Positions 56,606 through 64,000 of a stretch of DNA of 64,000 nt are shown in pieces; positions within the stretch are counted from its first letter, which is position 1, and every line of letters starts with the position of its first letter. The DNA lies in the sequence record PZ452595.1. The stretch is one strand, 5' to 3'. A program made the position numbers and the translations under genes. This DNA is from a phage. The notes under the pieces are model-generated. The model saw only the letters and a program-made list of their open reading frames with translations, was not told where the DNA came from and ran no database searches.

Positions 56606-57574
56606 TTATTTCAGAAGAGTAACCTCAGCAATTTCTTCCCAACCGTTTTTGTCGGTCATAATAAAGTCAGCAAGATAAAGAGCAGTACGCAGTGAAACAT
56701 TGCGTAAACGATTAACATTAACTTTCATCCATGATAATGCTTTATAAGTTTCTTCATCAGAAAGACCACGCTTTTGCATCATGTCGGTTGAAAGAATAAC
56801 ATCTTCAACCCTGACCATAATTTCTTCATTAGTGTGAACACCCAAATCCAAATAAACTGAGCGGGACACTAATGCTTGTAAATGTGGAGCAAGTTTAGTA
56901 CCACGGTCTAATTCGCGGTCAATGTCAACGTTTGTGATAAAAACAATCGTTCCTTTAAATTCAAACTCACGCTCAATGCCTTTTTCTTCTAAGTAAGAAG
57001 ATGCGGTACTCCAGCAGACTTTACGGGTCTCTCCAGTGTCCAGAGCAGCTTTCAGAAGATTAAGAATGTCCATATCAGAGAAAACATCCACATCATCAAT
57101 CAAAAGGACAGAATTCTCTTCACGATTATTCCAAAGCTGCTCATAAAGACCAATACCAGAGATTTTACCATTAATGCTTTTATACTCAATGTATCCAATA
57201 TCATTTGCTTTATTTAAAGCTTTATCTAAAGAATACGTTTTACCAATACCCGCCGCACCAGAGATAATTAATGAACGAATATTTCCGTTAATAATACCGT
57301 TCGTCATCATTCCCATAACATTAAATCTTTTATTAATGCGGGTTTTCATATCTTCATATGATTCTTTAACTTCTTCAACTTTTACACCATCATATGAAAT
57401 GTCTGATTTGTAAACCCAAACACCGCGACGCTTACCGTCAATTTCAACAAAAACTTTACCATCTCCTTGTGCATCTACCGGAGCATTATCTGGGAACCAT
57501 TCGCCCAAGAGTTCAAAAGTTCCAGAGATTTCTTTACCGAAGTAGATACCCTTATTGATAGTTACAGTTTTCAT
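56606..57574 (-). CDS. P-loop (AAA-like) ATPase, uncharacterised
   Basis: Walker A GAAGIGKT, Walker B VLLIDDVD; ATG after GGAG; track start 57691 reads through terminator and promoter. Confidence 0.65.
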   Translation of the reverse strand: MKTVTINKGIYFGKEISGTFELLGEWFPDNAPVDAQGDGKVFVEIDGKRRGVWVYKSDISYDGVKVEEVKESYEDMKTRINKRFNVMGMMTNGIINGNIRSLIISGAAGIGKTYSLDKALNKANDIGYIEYKSINGKISGIGLYEQLWNNREENSVLLIDDVDVFSDMDILNLLKAALDTGETRKVCWSTASSYLEEKGIEREFEFKGTIVFITNVDIDRELDRGTKLAPHLQALVSRSVYLDLGVHTNEEIMVRVEDVILSTDMMQKRGLSDEETYKALSWMKVNVNRLRNVSLRTALYLADFIMTDKNGWEEIAEVTLLK

Positions 57575-57608
57575 TTTATTCTCCAAATCCGTATCAGTTG
57601 ATAGTTGT

Positions 57609-57638
57609 ATAGTACCATAAAGCTTTATGCTTGTAAAC
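57609..57638 (-). promoter_or_regulatory. T4-type early promoter upstream of P-loop ATPase gene
   Basis: GTTTACA - 17 nt - TACTAT. Confidence 0.55.
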
Positions 57639-57667
57639 AGTTTTGTGAAAAATTTTTGAAATAAAAA

Positions 57668-57685
57668 GGGAGCCCGAAGGCTCCC
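57668..57685 (-). terminator. UUCG-tetraloop hairpin after nucleotidyltransferase-like gene
   Basis: gggagcccgaaggctccc. Confidence 0.55.
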
Positions 57686-57687
57686 TA

Positions 57688-58701
57688 TCATTTATAATAA
57701 CTTCGGTGGTTTTCAAGATAGACCTTCTCAAGGAAGTCATCCCAGAAACCCATGTCTACTTTTTGCTGCATACCATTCTTAGAAGCTTCAGTAGATGCTG
57801 CTTCTACTTGATCGACCACATCTTCCAAAAACTCTTGAACCGTTTTAAATGGATGTTTACCCAACTTCACGTCGAGAATAAATGGAGCATCTTGGAGTGG
57901 ATAAACCAGGTCACCAGTTTTGTAAATTTCCAATAGTTGGAGTCCACCACGACAAGCATGACTCAGAGCTTTCCAGTCAATACCTTCATTGGCTTCGGCC
58001 TTACGAGCGCGTTCACCATATTCAGCATCTAATTTGTTCAGTGACTGCTTAAGCTCAATAAGAGAAAGAGTTGTCTGATATTTACGACCCAACACTGTGT
58101 AAAACATCTGTGGGCCTGTTTTCTCATGATTATGGAACACCCATTCACAGAATTCGTTTTCTGGAAGACGATGCTTAATATCTTCAACTTTAGTACGACG
58201 CTGCTTAATAGAACCATCTTCTTGGTAATCAACCCATTGCTCAGGGATTTGATTAACTACTTTCAATACATCACGTAATGCAGCCAAACGAGAACCCTTG
58301 ACACCGTATTTAGAAGCTTGCTTGCGGACATATCCTAAATATGATTTCATGTTAGTCGTATAAAAACGAGAACGGTTGTCTTGGATAAACTTCCACACAT
58401 CAGGCAAATCAGATTTAACCACTAGTTCAGGTGGAGTGTGAAGCATATCTAATGCTACGGTTTCACCATCTGCTGCTAATTTAAAGAAATACTTAAGACT
58501 GTATAGTTCATGGTCAATATCATCTTTAGTGTTTTTAGATGATGTGTTGTTGGTATTTTTACTCATATGCTCTTTGACGTTTCCGATAAGAATATCGCGA
58601 GCAGGAGGAACAAAGATTTCTTTAAAATCTAAGTCAGATTCTGGGGTAGAAGTTCCATACAGATGACTACCAAAATAGCTTTTCATTACTGTTTTCATCA
58701 T
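57688..58701 (-). CDS. pol-beta-superfamily nucleotidyltransferase-like protein, uncharacterised
   Basis: N-terminal GSHLYGTSTPESDLDF fits hG[GS]x9-13Dx[DE]; 337 aa. Confidence 0.6.
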   Translation of the reverse strand: MMKTVMKSYFGSHLYGTSTPESDLDFKEIFVPPARDILIGNVKEHMSKNTNNTSSKNTKDDIDHELYSLKYFFKLAADGETVALDMLHTPPELVVKSDLPDVWKFIQDNRSRFYTTNMKSYLGYVRKQASKYGVKGSRLAALRDVLKVVNQIPEQWVDYQEDGSIKQRRTKVEDIKHRLPENEFCEWVFHNHEKTGPQMFYTVLGRKYQTTLSLIELKQSLNKLDAEYGERARKAEANEGIDWKALSHACRGGLQLLEIYKTGDLVYPLQDAPFILDVKLGKHPFKTVQEFLEDVVDQVEAASTEASKNGMQQKVDMGFWDDFLEKVYLENHRSYYK

Positions 58702-59159
58702 TCAGCCTTATATTCAATAACAGGACATACTTTAGCTTTACGCGCTTTTAAAAATTCGACGATAATCGATTTCTTTGGTTGAATAGGAGGTAAACCTTTA
58801 TACGCCCTATCAATATTTTCTAGGTGTAAAGCATAATCCTTTTTCCATTTATAATCTTTATATTTTTCACGCAAATGTGCAGGAATAACAAATGAACCGA
58901 TAATAAGTAAAACAACCAAAAGCGCAAGTATAAATGCCGATGGAAGAAGAGTCCATAAACTACCGAAAATAAGCCAACGTTGTAGGCTTTCTGCACAAAT
59001 AATTGTTAACCCTACGAGTATAGCACACCCAAAAATAGAAACGAAAAATGTAGGAATGACAATAGACCAAAAATATGCGCATAGTGTCTTAGGTCGTTGC
59101 CATTCATCGTTAAACAATTTGAATAATTTATAGTGCCAAGAGTTTTCATTAATAATCAT
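58698..59159 (-). CDS. membrane protein (153 aa)
   Basis: ORF track; two long hydrophobic segments. Confidence 0.55.
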   Translation of the reverse strand: MIINENSWHYKLFKLFNDEWQRPKTLCAYFWSIVIPTFFVSIFGCAILVGLTIICAESLQRWLIFGSLWTLLPSAFILALLVVLLIIGSFVIPAHLREKYKDYKWKKDYALHLENIDRAYKGLPPIQPKKSIIVEFLKARKAKVCPVIEYKAE

Positions 59160-59161
59160 AA

Positions 59162-59683
59162 TTATCCTTTCATTGAAGGCGTAACGGTTGTTAAATACTT
59201 AATCATAGCTTCAGCTTCTGATTTTGATAATGAAATTTCTCCATTGTTTTGACGAATAGAAATAAAATCCGGATGACGGTCACCACCAGCTTTTAAAACA
59301 CACATATAAGTATCAACTTCGCCTTCAATATTTGAAATGATTGAAGCAGTTCCACATGAATGCGGTTTTTGATAAATCAATACAGCTTTTCTTCCACCGT
59401 TTGACTGCTCATAGGCTTTTAATACATCAAGCAAATCAGTTCTTTTATCAATAGCTAAAATGTTGTTTTCATCTTCAATGTTAAATCCTTCGGATACTTC
59501 ATAAAGCGTTACCCATAAATCACCAATGTCAATAACAGCATTTACTTTTCCACGGCTTTTAAGAGTATGACAAATTTTCTTGATTTCGTCATAACTCATT
59601 TTAATAATATCATCTCCTTGACTAAGGAAGATGTCATTTTTAAATTCAACACGAATTAAACCACTTCCACTTGAAATAAACAT
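59162..59683 (-). CDS. hypothetical protein (173 aa), tandem paralogue A
   Basis: C-terminal SKSEAEAMIKYLTTVTPSM aligns with neighbour. Confidence 0.55.
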   Translation of the reverse strand: MFISSGSGLIRVEFKNDIFLSQGDDIIKMSYDEIKKICHTLKSRGKVNAVIDIGDLWVTLYEVSEGFNIEDENNILAIDKRTDLLDVLKAYEQSNGGRKAVLIYQKPHSCGTASIISNIEGEVDTYMCVLKAGGDRHPDFISIRQNNGEISLSKSEAEAMIKYLTTVTPSMKG

Positions 59684-59689
59684 ATTTCC

Positions 59690-60244
59690 TCACTTTGAAA
59701 TCATAGTTGGAATAACAGAATCAAGATAAGTCTTTAGTGCAATAGCTTCGTCTTTGGTAAATGTGACAATATGTGCTCGAGAATCATCAATTTGACGAAT
59801 AGTTAAGACGTCTCCATCTTCATAACATTTTGATACATTTAAAACAGTTTCATCATTCTGATCGCAAGCGTTAGTAATAATAGCATTGCAATTTTTAAGC
59901 CATTTTAGACTGTGTTTTCTTTCATTAGAATAATAAAAATATTTAATCTTAGTTATAAAATTATCCCAATTATTAATTGATAAGCATATTGACTCGCTTT
60001 CAATGTTAAATCCTGGGCATAAAGAATAAAAATGAATTTTATGCTCATCATTAATGCTTACAATTTTATCAGTATAAGAATTTTCAATTTGGGTTAAATG
60101 AATAATTTCGTTAGGCGTAAAATATAGCATATCGTCTTCTTGTGTCAAACGATACATATTATTTACTTTTTCTATGGTCAATTCACCAAAAAGTGAACTA
60201 ACTTCTAATACTAATCGTTTCATATTAATCCTTTTTAATGGCAT
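59690..60244 (-). CDS. hypothetical protein (184 aa), tandem paralogue B
   Basis: C-terminal TKDEAIALKTYLDSVIPTM; shared GFNIE motif. Confidence 0.55.
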   Translation of the reverse strand: MPLKRINMKRLVLEVSSLFGELTIEKVNNMYRLTQEDDMLYFTPNEIIHLTQIENSYTDKIVSINDEHKIHFYSLCPGFNIESESICLSINNWDNFITKIKYFYYSNERKHSLKWLKNCNAIITNACDQNDETVLNVSKCYEDGDVLTIRQIDDSRAHIVTFTKDEAIALKTYLDSVIPTMISK

Positions 60245-60503
60245 GAATTTGTTCTAAAATTTTAGAGTATTCCTTTATATCAGATTTACGTACAATCGAT
60301 ACACTATAAGGCATACTATCGGTGTCTTTTATAAAGCGTTCCAAATGACACTCTAACAAAATTTCTGGATTATAAATCGTGTACATCAAATTACCTGTTG
60401 CTCCACGATATTGACAGATTTCTACTGATTGAGCATCATTCCACAATTTTGTTAAGACTAAATCACCTACTTCTAATTTAGGAAAGCCCATGTTATTCAC
60501 CAA
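60225..60503 (-). CDS. hypothetical protein (92 aa)
   Basis: ORF track. Confidence 0.5.
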   Translation of the reverse strand: MVNNMGFPKLEVGDLVLTKLWNDAQSVEICQYRGATGNLMYTIYNPEILLECHLERFIKDTDSMPYSVSIVRKSDIKEYSKILEQIHAIKKD

Positions 60504-60678
60504 TTAAAGTTTCAATATAAGAATCAAGATTTACTTTAGCTTCTTCCATAAGAGTTTTGTATTTAATCTTGTTAGCATGTCCGGAGAAAGCTGATTCATC
60601 AATAACTGTTGCTGTATGAACAGCTTTGCTATATGTTTCAATTAATTCTCTTAATTTAAAAGCCTGCTCACTTGTCAT
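60493..60678 (-). CDS. small helical protein (61 aa), member of small-protein family
   Basis: ORF track; SD GAGGAG; MTSEQAFKLRELIETYSKAV. Confidence 0.5.
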   Translation of the reverse strand: MTSEQAFKLRELIETYSKAVHTATVIDESAFSGHANKIKYKTLMEEAKVNLDSYIETLIGE

Positions 60679-60782
60679 TACATACTCCTCTGAATCATAT
60701 CAATAATGTTATTCACCAAATTATAAGTAAACATTGGGTAATTATATTGAATCATCACATACACAACAAACAAAACTTTCAT
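60678..60782 (-). CDS. small hydrophobic peptide (~34 aa)
   Basis: Hand-translated; AAGGAG SD; stop overlaps next ATG (TAATG); follows early promoter 60811-60840. Confidence 0.4.
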   Translation of the reverse strand: MKVLFVVYVMIQYNYPMFTYNLVNNIIDMIQRSM

Positions 60783-60810
60783 TCTCTTCTCCTTGGCAGT
60801 TGACAAGATT

Positions 60811-60840
60811 ACTATACCATAACCTTGCCAACTTGTAAAC
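60811..60840 (-). promoter_or_regulatory. T4-type early promoter
   Basis: GTTTACA - 17 nt - TATAGT. Confidence 0.55.
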
Positions 60841-60842
60841 CA

Positions 60843-61016
60843 TTAAATGACGTTTTCGATAAAATTCTGAAGCTTTGTATGAGCATCAACCATGATTTTC
60901 ATTTCTTCTTTGGCGAAAGCTATACCTCTTTCCCGAGAAGAACATTCATAGTCAGAAACTGCATTAGCGTATTCTTCAATTAGCTTCATTAAAAACATCT
61001 GCTTTTCAGTTTTCAT
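60843..61016 (-). CDS. small helical protein (~57 aa), member of small-protein family
   Basis: Hand-translated MKTEKQMFLMKLIEEYANAV...; paralogous to 60493..60678. Confidence 0.45.
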   Translation of the reverse strand: MKTEKQMFLMKLIEEYANAVSDYECSSRERGIAFAKEEMKIMVDAHTKLQNFIENVI

Positions 61017-61200
61017 TATTCCACCTAATCATTTCAAGATATTGAACTAACTTAGCTTTAGATTTATCCAAATCCTTTTTAGCTGCTTCTATACCGTCGT
61101 ATGAATATCCTTCACAATGCTCAACTGCTAATTGATATGAATCTATTTCAATATCATGCGCTAATTTAATGATTTTTTCAAACTGTTCGCGTGTTAGCAT
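61006..61200 (-). CDS. small helical protein (64 aa)
   Basis: ORF track; MLTREQFEKIIKL. Confidence 0.5.
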   Translation of the reverse strand: MLTREQFEKIIKLAHDIEIDSYQLAVEHCEGYSYDGIEAAKKDLDKSKAKLVQYLEMIRWNNEN

Positions 61201-61202
61201 AC

Positions 61203-61394
61203 TTACACTCTCGTATTATGATCGATAATTTCATCAAGAAACATATCTAACGCTTCTACAGCATTATTAAATTTAGCTTCAAATTCTTCAATACCTGATA
61301 AACCTGATAAGGCAAAGTTAATGCGTTCCTCATCTGCTTTACGAATTAAAGCTACCAATTCCTTAATTTTATCCGCTTGTTCGATACTAATCAT
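61203..61394 (-). CDS. small helical protein (~63 aa)
   Basis: Internal ATG ([13 protein letters not shown]) overlapping upstream stop by 1 nt; track ORF to 61430. Confidence 0.5.
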   Translation of the reverse strand: MISIEQADKIKELVALIRKADEERINFALSGLSGIEEFEAKFNNAVEALDMFLDEIIDHNTRV

Positions 61395-61582
61395 TATTCC
61401 ACCACATATGAAAGAGAGAATATTGCACACGCCATGTGAGTTGCAACTTCATCACACATATTATAACGTTTCTTAAGAAGTTCTACAAGTTCTTCACTAG
61501 TAACTTCATCCATGTCGACGAAAAAATCACCATTAATGATGACGTAGATATTTCCTTCTTGATTGAGTGCTTCAATTTTCAT
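61394..61582 (-). CDS. small acidic protein (~62 aa)
   Basis: ATG after promoter cassette; track start 61627 is TTG read-through. Confidence 0.5.
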
Positions 61583-61610
61583 GATGTTCTCCTCTTTATC
61601 CGATAGTTGT

Positions 61611-61640
61611 ATAGTACCACAGCTCAAACGGAAAGTAAAC
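61611..61640 (-). promoter_or_regulatory. T4-type early promoter
   Basis: GTTTACT - 17 nt - TACTAT. Confidence 0.55.
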
Positions 61641-61656
61641 CGGTAAAATGAAAAAA

Positions 61657-61672
61657 GTCTCCCGAAGGAGAC
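61657..61672 (-). terminator. UUCG-tetraloop hairpin after rI.-1-like gene
   Basis: gtctcccgaaggagac. Confidence 0.5.
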
Positions 61673-61677
61673 TAATG

Positions 61678-62064
61678 TTATTCGAGGGAAAGAAGATACT
61701 TACTCTGGTAAAACATTCCAGTAATATCATCTATCGTGCTTTGGATGGCTGGAGGCATTTCTTTATAAATGCTGTTAGATTGGTCTAGTATGCGATCAAT
61801 CATTTTAATTGTGTCGGTAGGAAGTTTACTGGCATCTGGAATTGAAGGTGTGTATTTTCTACCAGAATACCCCAAATACTGCTCACCAAATTTGTCAATC
61901 AAATCTGGTAACTCGGAAAAAATAAAATCGTATGCTTTGTGTCTAGCATAGCTTTTAGTTTCAAAATGCGCAGAATGAAAATAAGCTTGTGCAGCCATTA
62001 ATAAACCTAAGTATTCATCTGCCTTTGAAGGTTTTCCACTTTGTGAAAAGTCGCTGAATTTCAT
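61678..62064 (-). CDS. hypothetical protein (128 aa), rI.-1-like position
   Basis: ORF track; 4-nt overlap with rI; hairpin downstream. Confidence 0.55.
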
Positions 62065-62354
62065 TCAGTCTCCAATTTAATGTTCATAATTCTAGCGTAT
62101 GATTGTGCCATCTCCGCGCCTCGCTCTATACATTCAAAATCAGAAGAGCACGGGTCATTTTTATAGGTCGTTCTCATAAAACTATAGAATTGTTCAGACG
62201 ATTCTACGCTTTTATTTTCAAAAAGCATATAAACATGTCTAATACCAGATTCCATAAATTTATCAAAATGAGGATCGACATTCGCTTCAATCGATGGAGA
62301 TAAAACAAATGACAATCCTAGCATGGCAAAAAGTGCCGTTGCTTTTAAGGCCAT
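62061..62354 (-). CDS. rI: RI antiholin (lysis inhibition)
   Basis: 97 aa with N-terminal signal-anchor MALKATALFAMLGLSFVLSPSIEA as T4 RI. Confidence 0.85.
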   Translation of the reverse strand: MALKATALFAMLGLSFVLSPSIEANVDPHFDKFMESGIRHVYMLFENKSVESSEQFYSFMRTTYKNDPCSSDFECIERGAEMAQSYARIMNIKLETE

Positions 62355-62366
62355 AAAGGCCTCCTA

Positions 62367-62579
62367 TCATTTTTGTCCTGTATTTACTTTATGCCGATGC
62401 ACGGCCTTAACTTTATCAAGGTATTTTTCAAAATTTCGCAATCTAGTATAGTCTGCCGGAGATTGGTTGAGTGATACTTCTCGACGCAAAGCTGAAATGA
62501 TATTTCCAACTTCCCTACGAATTTCATCTAATTGAAGCACAGTAAGATTGCGAAGTTGCTTTTCAGTTAATTGTAGCAT
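62367..62579 (-). CDS. hypothetical protein (70 aa)
   Basis: ORF track. Confidence 0.5.
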
Positions 62580-62621
62580 ATATACCCCTTTAGTTAGATA
62601 AACCTATTTATAACTTTTGCA

Positions 62622-63203
62622 CTAACCGAGCTTTTTAGTTAATTCATTCCAATGTTTTCTACACAAAGAAACATAAATTTCATCACCAATACAGATTTGA
62701 TTACCTTCTTTAACTGGTGTTCCATCTTCCATTAATCGAGCTGTCATAATCGCTTTTTTGCCGCAATGACAAACTGCCTTTAGTTCAATAAGTTTATCTG
62801 CAATCGCTAAAAGTTCTTTAGAACCTTCAAACAATTTTCCAGCGAAATCAGTCCTTAATCCATAAGCCATAACAGGAACATTATATGTATCAACAATTCG
62901 GCTCAATTGATGCACCTGTTCAGTTTTTAAAAACTGGGCTTCATCTACAAATACGCAATGAATATCTTTTTGTGCTTCAGCCCATTTATAGAACTCGAAA
63001 ATATCCATATCATCTGTAATAATATTTGCTTCCTGCCTAATTCCAATGCGAGAAACGACTTCACAGACAGAATCGCGAGTATCAATAGCAGGCTTAAGAA
63101 CTAATACACTCATTCCACGTTCTTTATAATTGTGCGCAGCAGTCAAAAGAGAAGCAGATTTTCCAGCATTCATTGCTGCATAAGTAAAAATTAAACTCGC
63201 CAT
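62622..63203 (-). CDS. tk: thymidine kinase
   Basis: 193 aa; P-loop NAGKSASL; zinc site CHCGKKA as T4 Tk. Confidence 0.9.
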   Translation of the reverse strand: MASLIFTYAAMNAGKSASLLTAAHNYKERGMSVLVLKPAIDTRDSVCEVVSRIGIRQEANIITDDMDIFEFYKWAEAQKDIHCVFVDEAQFLKTEQVHQLSRIVDTYNVPVMAYGLRTDFAGKLFEGSKELLAIADKLIELKAVCHCGKKAIMTARLMEDGTPVKEGNQICIGDEIYVSLCRKHWNELTKKLG

Positions 63204-63204
63204 C

Positions 63205-63393
63205 TTAGTCCTTAGTTAAATTTTCTAAATATGTTTCTAAATCATTTTCAGCTTTATCGATAGATTTTACTAATTCGTAATATGTTTCGGCATCTCCATA
63301 TTCAGAAGATATTTCAAAAGACAAATCCTTTTCTAAACTAATAATTTCACCAACTAAAAATAATATTTCGTTCTTTTGTTCGCGAGTAATCAT
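63205..63393 (-). CDS. small helical protein (62 aa)
   Basis: ORF track; MITREQKNEILFL resembles small-protein family. Confidence 0.5.
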   Translation of the reverse strand: MITREQKNEILFLVGEIISLEKDLSFEISSEYGDAETYYELVKSIDKAENDLETYLENLTKD

Positions 63394-63575
63394 AAGGAAT
63401 TTATATAATCAATGAGTTCTTGTTCTTTATTATCGAATTCTTTAGAAAGTTCTTCGTATTCGTCAGTATTAAAAGGACCGCATTCATTACAAACTTTTTC
63501 CAATTCACTATTTTTATCCATAACTTCGTGGATAAGAGAAAAGAGTTTGTCTTTTTGTTCTTTGCTTAGGCTCAT
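63390..63575 (-). CDS. small helical protein (61 aa)
   Basis: ORF track; MSLSKEQKDKLFSL; ATGA coupling. Confidence 0.5.
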   Translation of the reverse strand: MSLSKEQKDKLFSLIHEVMDKNSELEKVCNECGPFNTDEYEELSKEFDNKEQELIDYINSL

Positions 63576-63745
63576 ATATTAATTTCCAGAAGTTTTAAAA
63601 TAATTCGCTTTTGCTTAAATATTTCCATAGTTAAATGATCAGTATCTTTTTGACCAATTCCAATGGCAAAACCTTTATTAGCAGCGAGTTCAATTAAATT
63701 ATCAAGTTCACGTGACACTTCATATTGTAACTCAGAACTATTCAT
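63572..63745 (-). CDS. small protein (~57 aa)
   Basis: Hand-translated MNSSELQYEVSRELDNLIEL...; ATGA overlaps at both ends. Confidence 0.4.
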   Translation of the reverse strand: MNSSELQYEVSRELDNLIELAANKGFAIGIGQKDTDHLTMEIFKQKRIILKLLEINI

Positions 63746-63954
63746 TTCGGTTTACCTTCTTTAACGAAATCTGGATAAGGATAAAATCCCGAATAAAATC
63801 CTTCACCTTTATGATTGATGCATCCTTTATTAGAACAATAGCACCAATAATCGAAATCACAAGCCATTTCATCGTTGCATAAAGCAAAAACAACTGGCCA
63901 TTTACACTTTTCACAATGGGCATTTTTAAGAATACTAGTTTGGCTCATAACCAT
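63742..63954 (-). CDS. Cys-rich small protein (70 aa)
   Basis: ORF track; CEKCKW...CYCSNKGC; preferred over overlapping frame 63738..63923. Confidence 0.5.
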   Translation of the reverse strand: MVMSQTSILKNAHCEKCKWPVVFALCNDEMACDFDYWCYCSNKGCINHKGEGFYSGFYPYPDFVKEGKPK

Positions 63955-64000
63955 GTAACCTTTAAGCAGTATTCTTCTACATGCTGTTTACGACCTTTCT

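Noticed and set aside
63738-63923. 61-aa ORF overlapping 63742..63954 in another frame
   Set aside because: Mutually exclusive with the Cys-rich ORF, which has the better start context and ATGA coupling; kept only one.
1-64000. CRISPR arrays, tRNA/rRNA genes, integrase/transposase or prophage boundaries
   Set aside because: No direct-repeat/spacer periodicity, no cloverleaf-like segments noticed, and no recombinase-like ORF; gene density and synteny are continuous phage early region throughout.

Overview
This window reads as one contiguous segment of a T-even (T4-like, Tevenvirinae) coliphage genome: the early/middle DNA-metabolism and host-takeover region. Nearly every gene is on the minus strand, in the T4 map order motA-52-ndd-denB-rIIB-rIIA-39-goF-motB-dexA-dda-modA-modB-soc-56-61-sp-dmd-41-40-uvsX-(glycosyltransferase)-42-imm-43-regA-62-44-45-rpbA-46-47-a-gt-55-nrdH-nrdG-nrdD-49-pin-nrdC-(hyperplastic block of uncharacterised genes)-rI-tk. 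Gene identities come from my recall of T4 proteins and from motifs visible in the ORF translations; no search was run. Coordinates for refined starts and for small ORFs absent from the ORF track are from hand indexing and may be off by 1-2 nt. No rRNA, tRNA, CRISPR array, integrase or transposase was seen. The non-coding signal is typical of T4: early promoters (-35 GTTTAC, 17-nt spacer, -10), MotA-box middle promoters, a late promoter before soc, hairpins with UUCG-type tetraloops after genes, and the gene 43 translational operator. Compared with T4 as I remember it, this phage has an uninterrupted gene 39, an intronless nrdD, no homing-endonuclease ORFs, and a different glycosyltransferase at the beta-gt position, so it looks T2/T6-like. 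I did not find a clearly new system. The best uncharacterised candidates are a P-loop ATPase next to a pol-beta-type nucleotidyltransferase (56.6-58.7 kb), four tandem paralogues with coiled-coil tails (51.2-55.2 kb), a lone plus-strand membrane ORF between genes 56 and 61, and a plus-strand MotA-box promoter antisense to modA.
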